From IMG/VR virus record IMGVR_UViG_3300022699_000224, positions 25,486 through 89,485 of that record: DNA of 64,000 nt; one strand, written 5' to 3'. The translations under genes were made by a program, and so were the position numbers. Below, piece after piece: positions 18,350 through 28,752 of this stretch. The notes beneath the pieces are model-generated. The model saw nothing but the letters and a program-made list of their open reading frames with translations, was not told the DNA's origin and made no database searches. Every line of letters starts with the position of its first letter. Within the stretch, counting starts at the first letter, position 1. The stretch is from a virus.

Positions 18350-19405
18350 ATGAAAATAAAATTAGCTATTTTTTGCGGTTGTTATGGTAAACATCCTTTT
18401 GGAGGTCCTGCTATTCGTATGCGTAATATAGCCGAAATGTTATCGGAACATAATATAGATTTTAATATCTTTCATAATCATGATTGTCATGAAGATTATT
18501 ATAGACCTGAAGCAATTAAAATAAGTAGAAATATAAATAAAGTAGATTTAAATAAGTTTAATGTTTTTTGGGTTGAACAAGATTTTAGATATGTTACATT
18601 ATTAAATAATAAAGGTATAGAACCAATTATAGGAACTAATATAATACCTAATTCTTGCCCTCAACATGCAATTCCATATATGGATGATTTAGCTAGAAGT
18701 AAACAAAGAATTAAATTAATTAATGAAACAAAACGAATAAAAACGTTAAGAGGCAAATTCTGGCTAGCTCAATCTGATTTTCAAACTAAAGAATTTAGAA
18801 AAATGGGTTTAGATGATACTATATCTATATATCAAGCAAGTAATCCAGTAAATATAAAACAATTTAAATCTTCATACGTAGATAAATCAAAAATAATTAT
18901 AGGATGGACAGGTAAAAATGTATGGCAAAAAAAACCTGAATTTTTAAAAGAAATAGCTTCTGAATTAGAAAACACTATATTTTATTATTTAAGTGAAAGA
19001 ATGAATGAGATAACTTATTTTCCAGATAACGTTAAACAGATAACAGGTAATACAAATATCCAAATGCCTGAAATTTTAAATGAATTATCAATATTTATGT
19101 CTACAAGTGTAACTGAATTACAACCTTTAGGAGTTTTAGAAGCAATGGCATGCGGATTACCAGTAATGGCTTTTAGAACTAGTAGTTTACCTGAATTAGT
19201 TAAACATAATGAAAATGGTATATTAATAGATTTAGCTAATAGAGAACATTATGTAGTAGAAATAAAAAGATTACTTAAAAACCCTGATAAAATAAAAAAA
19301 TTAGGTAAAAATGCTAGAAAATTTATTGTAAATAATTTTTCATATAAAGCATTATTTCCTAAATATAAGAAATTTTTAGAAAAATATGTAAGGATAAACT
19401 CATGA
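18350..19405 (+). CDS. glycosyltransferase family 4 (GT-B)
   Basis: E..PLGVLEAMACGLPV signature. Confidence 0.88.
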   Translation: MKIKLAIFCGCYGKHPFGGPAIRMRNIAEMLSEHNIDFNIFHNHDCHEDYYRPEAIKISRNINKVDLNKFNVFWVEQDFRYVTLLNNKGIEPIIGTNIIPNSCPQHAIPYMDDLARSKQRIKLINETKRIKTLRGKFWLAQSDFQTKEFRKMGLDDTISIYQASNPVNIKQFKSSYVDKSKIIIGWTGKNVWQKKPEFLKEIASELENTIFYYLSERMNEITYFPDNVKQITGNTNIQMPEILNELSIFMSTSVTELQPLGVLEAMACGLPVMAFRTSSLPELVKHNENGILIDLANREHYVVEIKRLLKNPDKIKKLGKNARKFIVNNFSYKALFPKYKKFLEKYVRINS

Positions 19406-20004
19406 AATATAATAAAAAATTTTTAATAATAGGACATGGAAATTGCGGAACAGGTTTTATGAGTAAAATTTTACAATCAATAGGGTTTGATATAGGACAT
19501 GAATATATGGGTAAAGATGGAATGAGTTGTTGGTGTTGGTCAGTTACCGATAAGGATAATGATTATCCATTTGGTATAAAATATAAGGATAGATATAAGT
19601 TTGCTAATATTATTATAGCAATTAGAAATCCATTAGATGCAATACAAACTATAAATTATAGGGCTAATAAATCTAGATTAAGTAGGAAATTTAGAGAAAA
19701 ACATTTAAAAATTAAATTTTTTCCAGATGATTATAATAGTTCGGCTATTTCTTACTTAAAATGGTATGAATTAATATTTAAAAATCATCCAGATGCAATA
19801 AAAATTCATGTTGAACAAGCAGAAAAAGAATTAGCTAAAAAATTAGATTTAAGTTTTAAATATAGAATTCCTCATGATATAAATTCAAATAAAAATAAAT
19901 CAGGATATAAGAAAATTTCGCATAGGCAACTTATAAAAAAAATAAAACCTGAAATAGTAAAAGAAGTAATATTATTTGCTATGAAAGAAGGATATATAAA
20001 ATGA
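19402..20004 (+). CDS. sulfotransferase-like P-loop protein
   Basis: IIGHGNCGTG..S, GHE and IRNPLD (3'-PB-like). Confidence 0.6.
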   Translation: MKYNKKFLIIGHGNCGTGFMSKILQSIGFDIGHEYMGKDGMSCWCWSVTDKDNDYPFGIKYKDRYKFANIIIAIRNPLDAIQTINYRANKSRLSRKFREKHLKIKFFPDDYNSSAISYLKWYELIFKNHPDAIKIHVEQAEKELAKKLDLSFKYRIPHDINSNKNKSGYKKISHRQLIKKIKPEIVKEVILFAMKEGYIK

Positions 20005-20600
20005 ATAAATTATTATTTATTATAGGAATGAGACGTTCAGGAACTAGTATTTTACGAAAATTAATACTTAAAAATCCTGAAGTTGATTGGATAGATTTTG
20101 AACCTCAAGAGTTATTATTAGCAACTGATATAATAAATATAAATAGATATAAAAATAATGAATATTTTAATAAAGTCATACAAAGATATAAACAAGAAAA
20201 TAATAGATATATTGGATGTAAATTAGCATTAAATCCAGGTATTATGGCAATGAGATGGAAATGTTTATATAGAGAATTTCCTAAAGCTAAATTTATTTTT
20301 ATTACAAGAAATTGGTATGATAGTTATCAATCATGGTTAAGCGTAGATATGGATAATATAAGAGGAGTATGTAATTATAAAATGTATAAGGATTGGGCGA
20401 AAAAAATAAAAGATAGTTTTAGAGTATTTTGTAATGAAAATAGTAATTCAATTTTAATTAAATACGAATTTTTACTTAATAATGCTGATAATGAAATGTC
20501 TAAAATATGGAAACTATTAAAAATTCTTAAAATAGAAAATTTACAAAAGTTGATTAAAATACCTGAATATATACTAGGAAAAAAAATAGGACTAAGATGA
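20001..20600 (+). CDS. sulfotransferase
   Basis: 5'-PSB GMRRSGTS, FPKAKFIFITRN..D...S and IKYE. Confidence 0.85.
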   Translation: MNKLLFIIGMRRSGTSILRKLILKNPEVDWIDFEPQELLLATDIININRYKNNEYFNKVIQRYKQENNRYIGCKLALNPGIMAMRWKCLYREFPKAKFIFITRNWYDSYQSWLSVDMDNIRGVCNYKMYKDWAKKIKDSFRVFCNENSNSILIKYEFLLNNADNEMSKIWKLLKILKIENLQKLIKIPEYILGKKIGLR

Positions 20601-21391
20601 AATCAATATATAAAAATCTAAAATATTTTGTATTATTTATAGGATATGAAAGAAGCGGTCATTCTTTAGTAGGTGCATTGTTAGATGCACATAAGAATGT
20701 TATTATTCCTCATGAATATCATGTTTTGAAGAAATTAAAAGAAAGAGATTTCGAGACCAGAGAAGAATTATTTGATAAATTAATAAAAAGGTCAAAGTGG
20801 CAAAAAAATTGTCAAGAGGGAGGAAGAAGTCAAGGGCAAATTCGTATTAGAAATGAGAGAAAATATAGAGAAATAATTTATAAATATAATGTTCCTAATC
20901 AGTATCAAGGAGATTTTACAGAATTAAATATAATAGGAGATAAAAAAGGTGATGGAATTTGTATTGAATATGAAAATAATCCATCTTTACTAACACAATT
21001 AATGGATATAATTAAAATACCTATTAAGTATATTCATGTTATTAGGAATCCTTTTGATAATATAGGTAGAATGGGATTAAATAGAATAGATGAATATTTT
21101 ACAAGAGTTAAAACTGTAGAAAATATTAAAAGAATACATAGTATGGATGTTATAGATATATATCATGAAAATATTATTAAAAATCCAACTAAAGAATTAC
21201 TAAAATTAACTAATTTTTTAAAAATAGAAACTGATGAAAAGTGGATTCAAGATTGTGCATCTATTATATTTGATAAACCTCATCGAAGTAGATATACAAA
21301 AAAATGGACAAGAAGAAAAAAGAATAAAGTTTTAAATAATATGAAGAAATATAGTTTTTTTGAACCTTATTTACAGGAGAATTATGAATAA
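20597..21391 (+). CDS. sulfotransferase
   Basis: GYERSGHSLVGALLDAH, IGDK, HVIRNPFD and HE..I.NP. Confidence 0.85.
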   Translation: MKSIYKNLKYFVLFIGYERSGHSLVGALLDAHKNVIIPHEYHVLKKLKERDFETREELFDKLIKRSKWQKNCQEGGRSQGQIRIRNERKYREIIYKYNVPNQYQGDFTELNIIGDKKGDGICIEYENNPSLLTQLMDIIKIPIKYIHVIRNPFDNIGRMGLNRIDEYFTRVKTVENIKRIHSMDVIDIYHENIIKNPTKELLKLTNFLKIETDEKWIQDCASIIFDKPHRSRYTKKWTRRKKNKVLNNMKKYSFFEPYLQENYE

Positions 21392-22316
21392 TTATAAATT
21401 AATTATTTTAGGTTATCCAGTTAATAATCCAAAGGAAATTACATATTGTTTTCAAATGTTAACCTACGGATTATATAAATATTTTAGTAAACTATCTCAT
21501 GTGAAAGTTATACAAAAATCTGTTAAAGAAGATTTGACAATTTTGCCTAATGCAGATTTTATTATAGTTAGTGATATAAGAGAATTTTTTAATAAAAAAA
21601 ATTTAGCATTGTTAAGAACTAAATGCAAAAAAGTAATATCCTTTTTAGAAAATAGAATTCAAAGTGATTATTCTTTTTGTTTTAAAGATGCAGGTAGTAA
21701 ATTTCAGCCAAAAGAAAAATCTAAGATTATACATGCTCCCTATTTACCTGATTTAGTGAAAATACCAAAATCTCGTCATAGAAACACTATTTTATTAGAC
21801 CATATATGGTTATATTGGTGGAAACAAAACAAAAATGATTGGGAAATAAGTAAAGATATTTATAAATGGTTATATGAAATTAAAGATAAATACGAAATAG
21901 CATGTCTTGTTAAAGAACATAAAGACCATGCAGGGGATTGGTCTAAAGAACATTTAAAAGTATTACCATCATTTATAAAACCTATTTTTTCAAGTAATTA
22001 TGTAGATTATTTAAAAGCGACAGAAAAATATGAATATTTTATTTTAACCCATGCAGGTAGTTATAATTATAGTATTATAGATATGATAGCAAGGGGTATA
22101 AAAGTTTTAGTGCCAAAAATTAATAGACATTTATATGCGCCAATAGATTTAGTAAAAAGATTTAATTTTCAAATATTTAAAAATAAACACCAATTATTAA
22201 ATATATTAAAAAATAGACGCAGAGAACCATGCGCAGAATGTATTAGAGGTTATTTTTGCACTCCTATGAACGAAGTAGTTGAAATAATTGATAAAAAATT
22301 AAGGAGCTGGTTATGA
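21384..22316 (+). CDS. probable glycosyltransferase (GT-B-like, divergent)
   Basis: GSYNYSIIDMIARG resembles the GT-B E-x7-E region; AGGAG RBS; cluster context. Confidence 0.5.
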   Translation: MNNYKLIILGYPVNNPKEITYCFQMLTYGLYKYFSKLSHVKVIQKSVKEDLTILPNADFIIVSDIREFFNKKNLALLRTKCKKVISFLENRIQSDYSFCFKDAGSKFQPKEKSKIIHAPYLPDLVKIPKSRHRNTILLDHIWLYWWKQNKNDWEISKDIYKWLYEIKDKYEIACLVKEHKDHAGDWSKEHLKVLPSFIKPIFSSNYVDYLKATEKYEYFILTHAGSYNYSIIDMIARGIKVLVPKINRHLYAPIDLVKRFNFQIFKNKHQLLNILKNRRREPCAECIRGYFCTPMNEVVEIIDKKLRSWL

Positions 22317-23206
22317 AACCTTGTGATGTAAAAATATATAGCATATGGGGTATTAGTTTTTGCGGTTCTACTTTATTATCATATTGTTTAGGTAAATCTC
22401 CTGATTTATTTAGTGTAGGGGAATCTCATTGGTTAAAAAATGATATAAATAAAGCTATATGCAAAATTCATGGAGTTAATTGTAATTTTTGGGATAAAAA
22501 TTTCAGAAAAAATATAGATAATAGACGTAATCCTTATCCTATGATAAGAAATAAAGCATTTCATGAATATAATATAAAAGCCTTATTATTATCAGATAAA
22601 AATGCAGATATTTATGAAACTATTATGGCTCCTAAAGGATATGAAAGAATTGATAAAGCTATTTTATTATGTAAAAATCCATATAATCATTTGGCTAGTG
22701 TATTAAGAAAACCTAATAAGAGTATGGGATTTTCTAAAGATATGACTAAAATAGAGTTAGTAAAAAAATCTTTATATAAATATAAAGTTCATTATAAAAA
22801 GGCATATGGATTATTAATATTAAAAGATATTCCGTTTATGATAATAGATTTTGATAATTTTACGAATGACCCTAATTTTTGGCTATATCGAATGTGTCAA
22901 TTTTTAGATATAAAATATACAAATGATATGTCTAAATATTGGAAATTAAATGATAAATCTCATCAATTAGGTGGGAATAGACTAGTATCTTGTAATTTTG
23001 ATTCAGAACCTATGAAAGATGTTTTTTTAGATTTACAATATAATTCTAAAGCACAAGAATGGTATAGAAAGGCACAAAGACATATAAAAACAGATAATAG
23101 ATGGATAAAAGAGTTAACAAATGAACAGAAAATAATTGTTTCGCAATCAGATGCATTAAAGACATTTAAATTATTCAAAAAATCAGCAGGCGAGGTGATT
23201 AATTAA
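22313..23206 (+). CDS. sulfotransferase
   Basis: GISFCGSTLL...SVGE, KNP...AS, and the FDNF...P..CQFL pattern. Confidence 0.75.
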   Translation: MKPCDVKIYSIWGISFCGSTLLSYCLGKSPDLFSVGESHWLKNDINKAICKIHGVNCNFWDKNFRKNIDNRRNPYPMIRNKAFHEYNIKALLLSDKNADIYETIMAPKGYERIDKAILLCKNPYNHLASVLRKPNKSMGFSKDMTKIELVKKSLYKYKVHYKKAYGLLILKDIPFMIIDFDNFTNDPNFWLYRMCQFLDIKYTNDMSKYWKLNDKSHQLGGNRLVSCNFDSEPMKDVFLDLQYNSKAQEWYRKAQRHIKTDNRWIKELTNEQKIIVSQSDALKTFKLFKKSAGEVIN

Positions 23207-23904
23207 TGAAGAGTATAGAAAATAAAATAATGAATTGGATTGGAGATAAAGTTAAAGATACTAAGACTAATGGAATAGTTATAGGTTTATCAGGTGGTAT
23301 AGATTCTTCTGTATCTGCTGTTTTATGTAGAAAAATATTGGATAAATTAAAAGTATTTGGAATAATATTACCTTGTTATTCTAATAATAATGATTTAAGA
23401 GATGCAGAATTACTTACTAATAAATTTGATATTCAGTATATAATATATCCCTTAAATGATATGTATGATAGTTTTAAATCCCATAATCCCTTATCAGATA
23501 ATTTAACCGATGCTAATTTAAAATCCAGACTTAGAATGGCAGTGTTATATTATTATGCTAACTATTATAATTCGCTTGTAGTAGGCACTACTAATAAGAC
23601 TGAATATGAAATTGGATATTATACTAAATATGGCGATGGAGGAGTTGATATAGAGCCTATAGCAGACTTATATAAAACAGAAATAAAAAAATTAGCTAAA
23701 TATTTAAAAATTCCTGACAAAATAATTAATAAAGCTCCATCAGCAGGATTATGGAAAGGTCAAACTGATGAAGATGAACTAGGTATTACTTATAGTGAAT
23801 TAGACAAACAATTAAAAAGCAAAAAATATAGTAAACTAGTTAGAGATTTAATTAATAAATCAAAACACAAACGTCAAATGCCTCCTTATTGTAAATTAAA
23901 ATGA
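23206..23904 (+). CDS. nadE: NH3-dependent NAD+ synthetase
   Basis: GLSGGIDS, ANLKSRLRM, GTTNKTE, GYYTKYGDG, DLYKTE, PSAGLW.GQTDE and HKR. Confidence 0.93.
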   Translation: MKSIENKIMNWIGDKVKDTKTNGIVIGLSGGIDSSVSAVLCRKILDKLKVFGIILPCYSNNNDLRDAELLTNKFDIQYIIYPLNDMYDSFKSHNPLSDNLTDANLKSRLRMAVLYYYANYYNSLVVGTTNKTEYEIGYYTKYGDGGVDIEPIADLYKTEIKKLAKYLKIPDKIINKAPSAGLWKGQTDEDELGITYSELDKQLKSKKYSKLVRDLINKSKHKRQMPPYCKLK

Positions 23905-24512
23905 AATTTATAACCTTTTATACAGAAGATACTATTTACGAAAAAGGGTTTAAAAAGTTATTAGAACCTTCTCTAAAAAAATTTGCGTTACCTTACTATG
24001 TAATAAAAATAAAAGATAGAGGGGGATGGGCTAAAAATACTTGTCAAAAACCAAAAATTATTTTAGATTGTTTGAATTTATTTGATGAAGATTTGTGTTA
24101 TATTGATTCTGATGCCAAAATTATTAAATATCCTGAAAAACTATTTATGATACCTAAACATTTTGATATAGCAGTGCATTATTTATCTTGGGAAAATTTT
24201 TATGGCAGGGATTCAGATAAAGGGAAATACGAATTAATAGATGGCACTATTTGGATTAAAAATAATAATAAAATGAAAAGATTTATTAAAAATTGGAAAG
24301 AACAAACAACAGATAGAGAATTAAATCATCAAAAACGATTACATAAAATGTTAGCTAATAAAAAAACTATTAATGTTTATGATTTTGGTAGAGAATATTG
24401 TTATATTATAAATACTAGTTTTGGTAAAAAACCAGCAAAAAAATTAAAAAATCCTGTTATAGTTCATTATCAATATAGTAGAAAAGCTAAAAAAGGTAAA
24501 TTATATGGCTAA
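23901..24512 (+). CDS. nucleotide-diphospho-sugar transferase (GT-A fold)
   Basis: W..N...KP..I, YIDSD (DxD) and PVIVHYQ.SR. Confidence 0.75.
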   Translation: MKFITFYTEDTIYEKGFKKLLEPSLKKFALPYYVIKIKDRGGWAKNTCQKPKIILDCLNLFDEDLCYIDSDAKIIKYPEKLFMIPKHFDIAVHYLSWENFYGRDSDKGKYELIDGTIWIKNNNKMKRFIKNWKEQTTDRELNHQKRLHKMLANKKTINVYDFGREYCYIINTSFGKKPAKKLKNPVIVHYQYSRKAKKGKLYG

Positions 24513-24532
24513 ATAGTATTAAGGAGATTCAA

Positions 24533-25426
24533 ATGTTAAAAAATAGTAAAGTATTAGTTACAGGCGGTGCAGGGTTTATAGGTTCACATATAGTAGATGA
24601 ATTAGTAAAAAATAATAATAAAGTAATAGTGATAGATAATTTTAGTAACGGTAGATTATTTAATCTGATAAATAATATTAAAGATATAAAAATATATTGG
24701 AATGATATTAGAAACATAGATATAGTAGATAAAGCGTGTGAAGAAGTAGATTATGTAATTCATCAAGGTGCGTTAGCTAATGTAACCGAATCTATTAAAT
24801 CTCCTGAAAAATATTTTAGTATTAATGTATTAGGAACTAGAAATATATTACATAGCGCATTAAAAAATAATGTAAAGAAGATAGTTTTAGCTTCTTCTTC
24901 TGCTGTAGAATATTTAACTTCTCCTTATGCTTATAATAAAAAAAATAATGAAAATGATACTTTATCATATATAAAAAATTTTAATTTTCCTATAGTAGCA
25001 TTAAGATATTATAATGTATACGGAGCAAGGCAAAAAGTTAAAACTGATGGTGCAGTTATACCAAATTTTATGAATAAAATATTGAGTAATGATTTTCCTT
25101 TTATATACGGAGATGGAACTCAAAAAAGAGATTTTGTATATGTTAAAGATGTAGTTAACGCTAATCTCTATGCATTAACTTCTAATAATATAGGAATATA
25201 TAGCGTTGGTTTTGGAACAGCATATTCAATAAATTATTTATGTAATACTATTAAAAAATTAGCATTTAAAAATATGAAAACTGTATATATGGAAGCTAGA
25301 AAAGGAGATGTAAAATTATCTCAGTCTAATTGTCGTGAATATTTAACGAATTGGAAACCTAAATTTAATTTAAAAAAAGGATTAAAAGAAACTATTAAAT
25401 ATTATAAGGAGACAATCAAATGTTGA
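24533..25426 (+). CDS. NAD-dependent nucleotide-sugar epimerase/dehydratase
   Basis: TGGAGFIGSH, ASSS, YAYNK (YxxxK), RYYNVYG and GDGTQKRDF. Confidence 0.92.
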   Translation: MLKNSKVLVTGGAGFIGSHIVDELVKNNNKVIVIDNFSNGRLFNLINNIKDIKIYWNDIRNIDIVDKACEEVDYVIHQGALANVTESIKSPEKYFSINVLGTRNILHSALKNNVKKIVLASSSAVEYLTSPYAYNKKNNENDTLSYIKNFNFPIVALRYYNVYGARQKVKTDGAVIPNFMNKILSNDFPFIYGDGTQKRDFVYVKDVVNANLYALTSNNIGIYSVGFGTAYSINYLCNTIKKLAFKNMKTVYMEARKGDVKLSQSNCREYLTNWKPKFNLKKGLKETIKYYKETIKC

Positions 25427-25941
25427 ATAAAATTATAAGTTTGATATTATTAAGTATCTTAGGTGGTATATTAGGAACATATGCAGGAGCAGATGAAACT
25501 TCAAAAGGAATACGTAGATTTGGAATTCCAGGTATATTAATGATAATAGCTTGGTTAAATTTACATAATTGGTTAGTTTTATTTGTAATGCTGTTATCAT
25601 TTGGTCTTAGTTTAGGATATGGTATTCCATGTGGAACAGATAAAGGTTCTACTCTTGGTAGATTTTGGTATAAAATATTTAGAGGAAATAAAAAATTATC
25701 TAATATTTTTACTAGAGGCGCTATTGCTTTAGTATTAAATATAGGTTTATTAATTATTCCTATTATAAAAGGAAATTGGTTTATATATATGATTACTGGT
25801 ATAACTATATTATTAAATCATAGTTTATTATCATGGAGAAATTGGGGAACTTTTAAGTTTTTAAATAAAAATTTAAATTGGATAGACTTTGTAGTATATA
25901 TTATTTTTACTGGAAGTGCATTATGTTTGATATTAATATAA
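25420..25941 (+). CDS. multi-pass membrane protein
   Basis: Several hydrophobic helices; AGGAG RBS. Confidence 0.7.
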   Translation: MLNKIISLILLSILGGILGTYAGADETSKGIRRFGIPGILMIIAWLNLHNWLVLFVMLLSFGLSLGYGIPCGTDKGSTLGRFWYKIFRGNKKLSNIFTRGAIALVLNIGLLIIPIIKGNWFIYMITGITILLNHSLLSWRNWGTFKFLNKNLNWIDFVVYIIFTGSALCLILI

Positions 25942-26711
25942 AATCTAATCAAGCAATTATTATAGGGGGAGGCTATAGTATTAAAAAAGGTATTAAAAAA
26001 GGTCTCTTTAATAAAATTAAAGATAAATTTACTATAGGTTGTAATTATAGTTATAAATATTTTAATTCTACTATATTATGTTATGTAGATAAACCTTTTT
26101 ATGAAAAACAAAGTAAAATAAATAAATTTAAAAAGATTCCTTTAGTTATAGGAAAATATTTTCCAGATATTAATATTAATTCCAATACTATTCCATTAAA
26201 AGTTACTCATAAATATAATAGAGATTTATCTAAAGGAGTATACAAAAGTAGTTTAGTAGGTTATTTTGCTCTAAGTTTAGCTATACATTTATTAGATAAA
26301 GGCGAAATTTTTCTATTAGGATTTGATTTTGGAGAAATTAGAAGAACTGATTATGACAAATTACTTAAATCTAAGAAACAAATAAACGAATTAGTATTGA
26401 GAGATAATAAAAATAGACCATTAACTCATTTTTATCAAAATAATATAGAACATAGAGGAATAGGTAAAATTAATTTTTATAATGGAAAAGATAGAGCTAA
26501 AAAAGATTTTTCTGTTTATTTAAATGAGAAAAAAGTTAAAATTTATAACGTTTCTTTAATCAGTAAAATACCAGATAATATTTTTCAGAAAATTAGTTAT
26601 GATAAATTTTTTAAAAAATTAAATAATAAACAATATAATCAAAATAAAGTTAGGGCTTATATTAAAAATAAATGTTTAAAATTAAAAAAAATACATGAAA
26701 TAAATAAATAA
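25923..26711 (+). CDS. DUF115/Maf-like (sialyltransferase-fold-like) glycosyltransferase
   Basis: IIGGGYS, IGCN, S.GYFAL.LA and IFLLGFD. Confidence 0.6.
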   Translation: MFDINIKSNQAIIIGGGYSIKKGIKKGLFNKIKDKFTIGCNYSYKYFNSTILCYVDKPFYEKQSKINKFKKIPLVIGKYFPDININSNTIPLKVTHKYNRDLSKGVYKSSLVGYFALSLAIHLLDKGEIFLLGFDFGEIRRTDYDKLLKSKKQINELVLRDNKNRPLTHFYQNNIEHRGIGKINFYNGKDRAKKDFSVYLNEKKVKIYNVSLISKIPDNIFQKISYDKFFKKLNNKQYNQNKVRAYIKNKCLKLKKIHEINK

Positions 26712-26721
26712 GGAGGACTTA

Positions 26722-27333
26722 ATGAAATATTTTTTTACTTCGGATTTACATTTAGGTCATGCAAATATAATAAAATATTGCGGAAGAACTATATTTATGA
26801 CAAAAAAAGATAAAAATATTTATAAATCTTTACGATATACTAGCAAAGACAAACAACGATTATTTAAAATAAGTAATCTTTCTTTAAATAAAATGAATAA
26901 AGGACTTATAAGAAATTGGAACGAAAGAGTAAAAAAAGAAGATATTATTTTTCATATAGGAGATTTTTGTTTTAAAAAAGTTTCATCTAAGAAATCTATA
27001 GAATGGGAAAAGTTATTAAATGGTAAAGTTATTCATATAGAGGGAAATCATGATTCTAATAATAGCACTAAAACTATTATAAAAAATTTAGTAATTAAAT
27101 ACAGTAATAAAAAAATAAATTTAGTTCATAACCCTACCCACGCTGATTATTATTATAATATAAATTTTGTTGGTCATGTTCATAATCTTTGGAAATTTAA
27201 AAGAATTAAAACTCATTATGGTTTTACTGATTTAATAAATGTAGGAACAGATGTATGGAATTATTATCCTGTAACATTTAATGAGATAATGAAAGAATAT
27301 AATCAATGGTTAAATAAGGAGATTAAGACATGA
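26722..27333 (+). CDS. calcineurin-like metallophosphoesterase
   Basis: SDLHLGH, GDF, GNHD, GHVH and NVG.D. Confidence 0.88.
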   Translation: MKYFFTSDLHLGHANIIKYCGRTIFMTKKDKNIYKSLRYTSKDKQRLFKISNLSLNKMNKGLIRNWNERVKKEDIIFHIGDFCFKKVSSKKSIEWEKLLNGKVIHIEGNHDSNNSTKTIIKNLVIKYSNKKINLVHNPTHADYYYNINFVGHVHNLWKFKRIKTHYGFTDLINVGTDVWNYYPVTFNEIMKEYNQWLNKEIKT

Positions 27334-27590
27334 ATAAATCTATAAATGATATACCAAAAGGCTTTTACTGTTACACTAGATTAAAAAATGGTAAATTAAA
27401 AATTTGTCCTTATTGGAGTAAAAATAATAGTAAACCGAAACAAAACAACGGTTATTGTGCTTATTTAGAAAAAGGAGATTGGGAATATAGTAAAGGTATT
27501 ACATTATTATGGGATATGTGCAAGATGTGTGGTATAAATGAATACACAGATAAAGAATTGGATGAAATGTGGGAACAAGGAGAATTATAA
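27330..27590 (+). CDS. Cys-rich hypothetical protein
   Basis: IPKG.YCY...CPYW...GYC...LLWD.CK.CG. Confidence 0.65.
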   Translation: MNKSINDIPKGFYCYTRLKNGKLKICPYWSKNNSKPKQNNGYCAYLEKGDWEYSKGITLLWDMCKMCGINEYTDKELDEMWEQGEL

Positions 27591-28058
27591 ATGATAAAAA
27601 AAGGAGATATATTATTGGTTAAATATAATTTAGACCCTATAGGTTGGTTAATTCGTAAATTTACTAAATCTAATTGGAATCATGTAGCATGGGTGTTAAA
27701 TAAATATACTGTTATAGAATCATGTCGAAAAGGAATAATATTAACTCCTATTTCAAAATATAAAAATAAAATTTTATATGAAACTAAACTTAAAAGAATA
27801 AAAAATATATCTAAAAAAGACTTAGATATAGCAATTAATATAGCTTTAAAATTTAAACGAAAAAGAAATTATTTTAAATTATTACTTACTTTTATTAATG
27901 TATATTTAAAAATCAATAATAAACTCCCTGACGTAACTTGTTCAGGGCTAATTTCTTATTGTTTAAGTAAAGTAAGTTTTTATTTTAACAAAAATAAACA
28001 TCCATTAATGACAGTGCCTGAAGATATTAATAAATGTAGGAGACTGTATAATGTGTAA
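27591..28058 (+). CDS. permuted NlpC/P60 (YiiX/YebB-like) papain-fold protein
   Basis: GDILL, His (NHVA) preceding Cys (TCSGLI), C-terminal P.D. Confidence 0.75.
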   Translation: MIKKGDILLVKYNLDPIGWLIRKFTKSNWNHVAWVLNKYTVIESCRKGIILTPISKYKNKILYETKLKRIKNISKKDLDIAINIALKFKRKRNYFKLLLTFINVYLKINNKLPDVTCSGLISYCLSKVSFYFNKNKHPLMTVPEDINKCRRLYNV

Positions 28059-28752
28059 TAAAGAATTAAATTTTACTATTTTAGTTCCAATTTATAATGA
28101 ATCCAAAACTTTATATTCAATGTTAAAAAAATTAAAAGATTGTAATTATAATTATTTAATAGTAGATGATGGGTCTAATGATGGAACTAAAACTATTTTA
28201 CATCAATCTAAAACTAATTTTATAAATTATAAATATAATAGAGGTAAAGGTTATGCTATTAAAGTAGGAGCTAAATTAATATTAGAATCTACTAATAATG
28301 ATTATATCTTAATTATAGATGGAGACGGTCAAATGAGCTTTGAGGACATTAAATATTTTATTATGAGTGCTTACAGTTATCCTAAAGCTAAAATATTTAT
28401 AGGAGATAGATTACATAATCGTTCTTCTATACCGTTATTTAGATATTATATTAATAAAGTTATGAGCTTTTTATTATCTAAAATATCAGGACAAAGAATA
28501 AATGACAGTCAATGCGGATTTCGCTTAATACATAAAGATATATTTAAACTTAAACTTAATTCTAATAATTTTGAATTTGAAAGTGAAATGTTAATTAAGG
28601 CAAGTAAAATGGGATATAAAATAAAAAATGTTCCAATAAGATGTATTTATAAACCAAATAGAATAAGTAAAATAAATCCTATAAAAGATACTATAAGATT
28701 TATTAAACTTCTATTTAATTTATTGAAAAAAGGAGGGAATACATGTATATAA
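28051..28752 (+). CDS. glycosyltransferase family 2 (DPM synthase-like)
   Basis: P.YNE, VDDGS.D.T, GKG.A, DGDGQ, DSQCGFR and FESE. Confidence 0.92.
   Translation: MCNKELNFTILVPIYNESKTLYSMLKKLKDCNYNYLIVDDGSNDGTKTILHQSKTNFINYKYNRGKGYAIKVGAKLILESTNNDYILIIDGDGQMSFEDIKYFIMSAYSYPKAKIFIGDRLHNRSSIPLFRYYINKVMSFLLSKISGQRINDSQCGFRLIHKDIFKLKLNSNNFEFESEMLIKASKMGYKIKNVPIRCIYKPNRISKINPIKDTIRFIKLLFNLLKKGGNTCI

Noticed and set aside
27591-28058. Endolysin call for the NlpC/P60 protein
   Set aside because: The permuted His-before-Cys YiiX type is not typically a peptidoglycan hydrolase, and there is no cell-wall-binding domain or adjacent lysis cassette.
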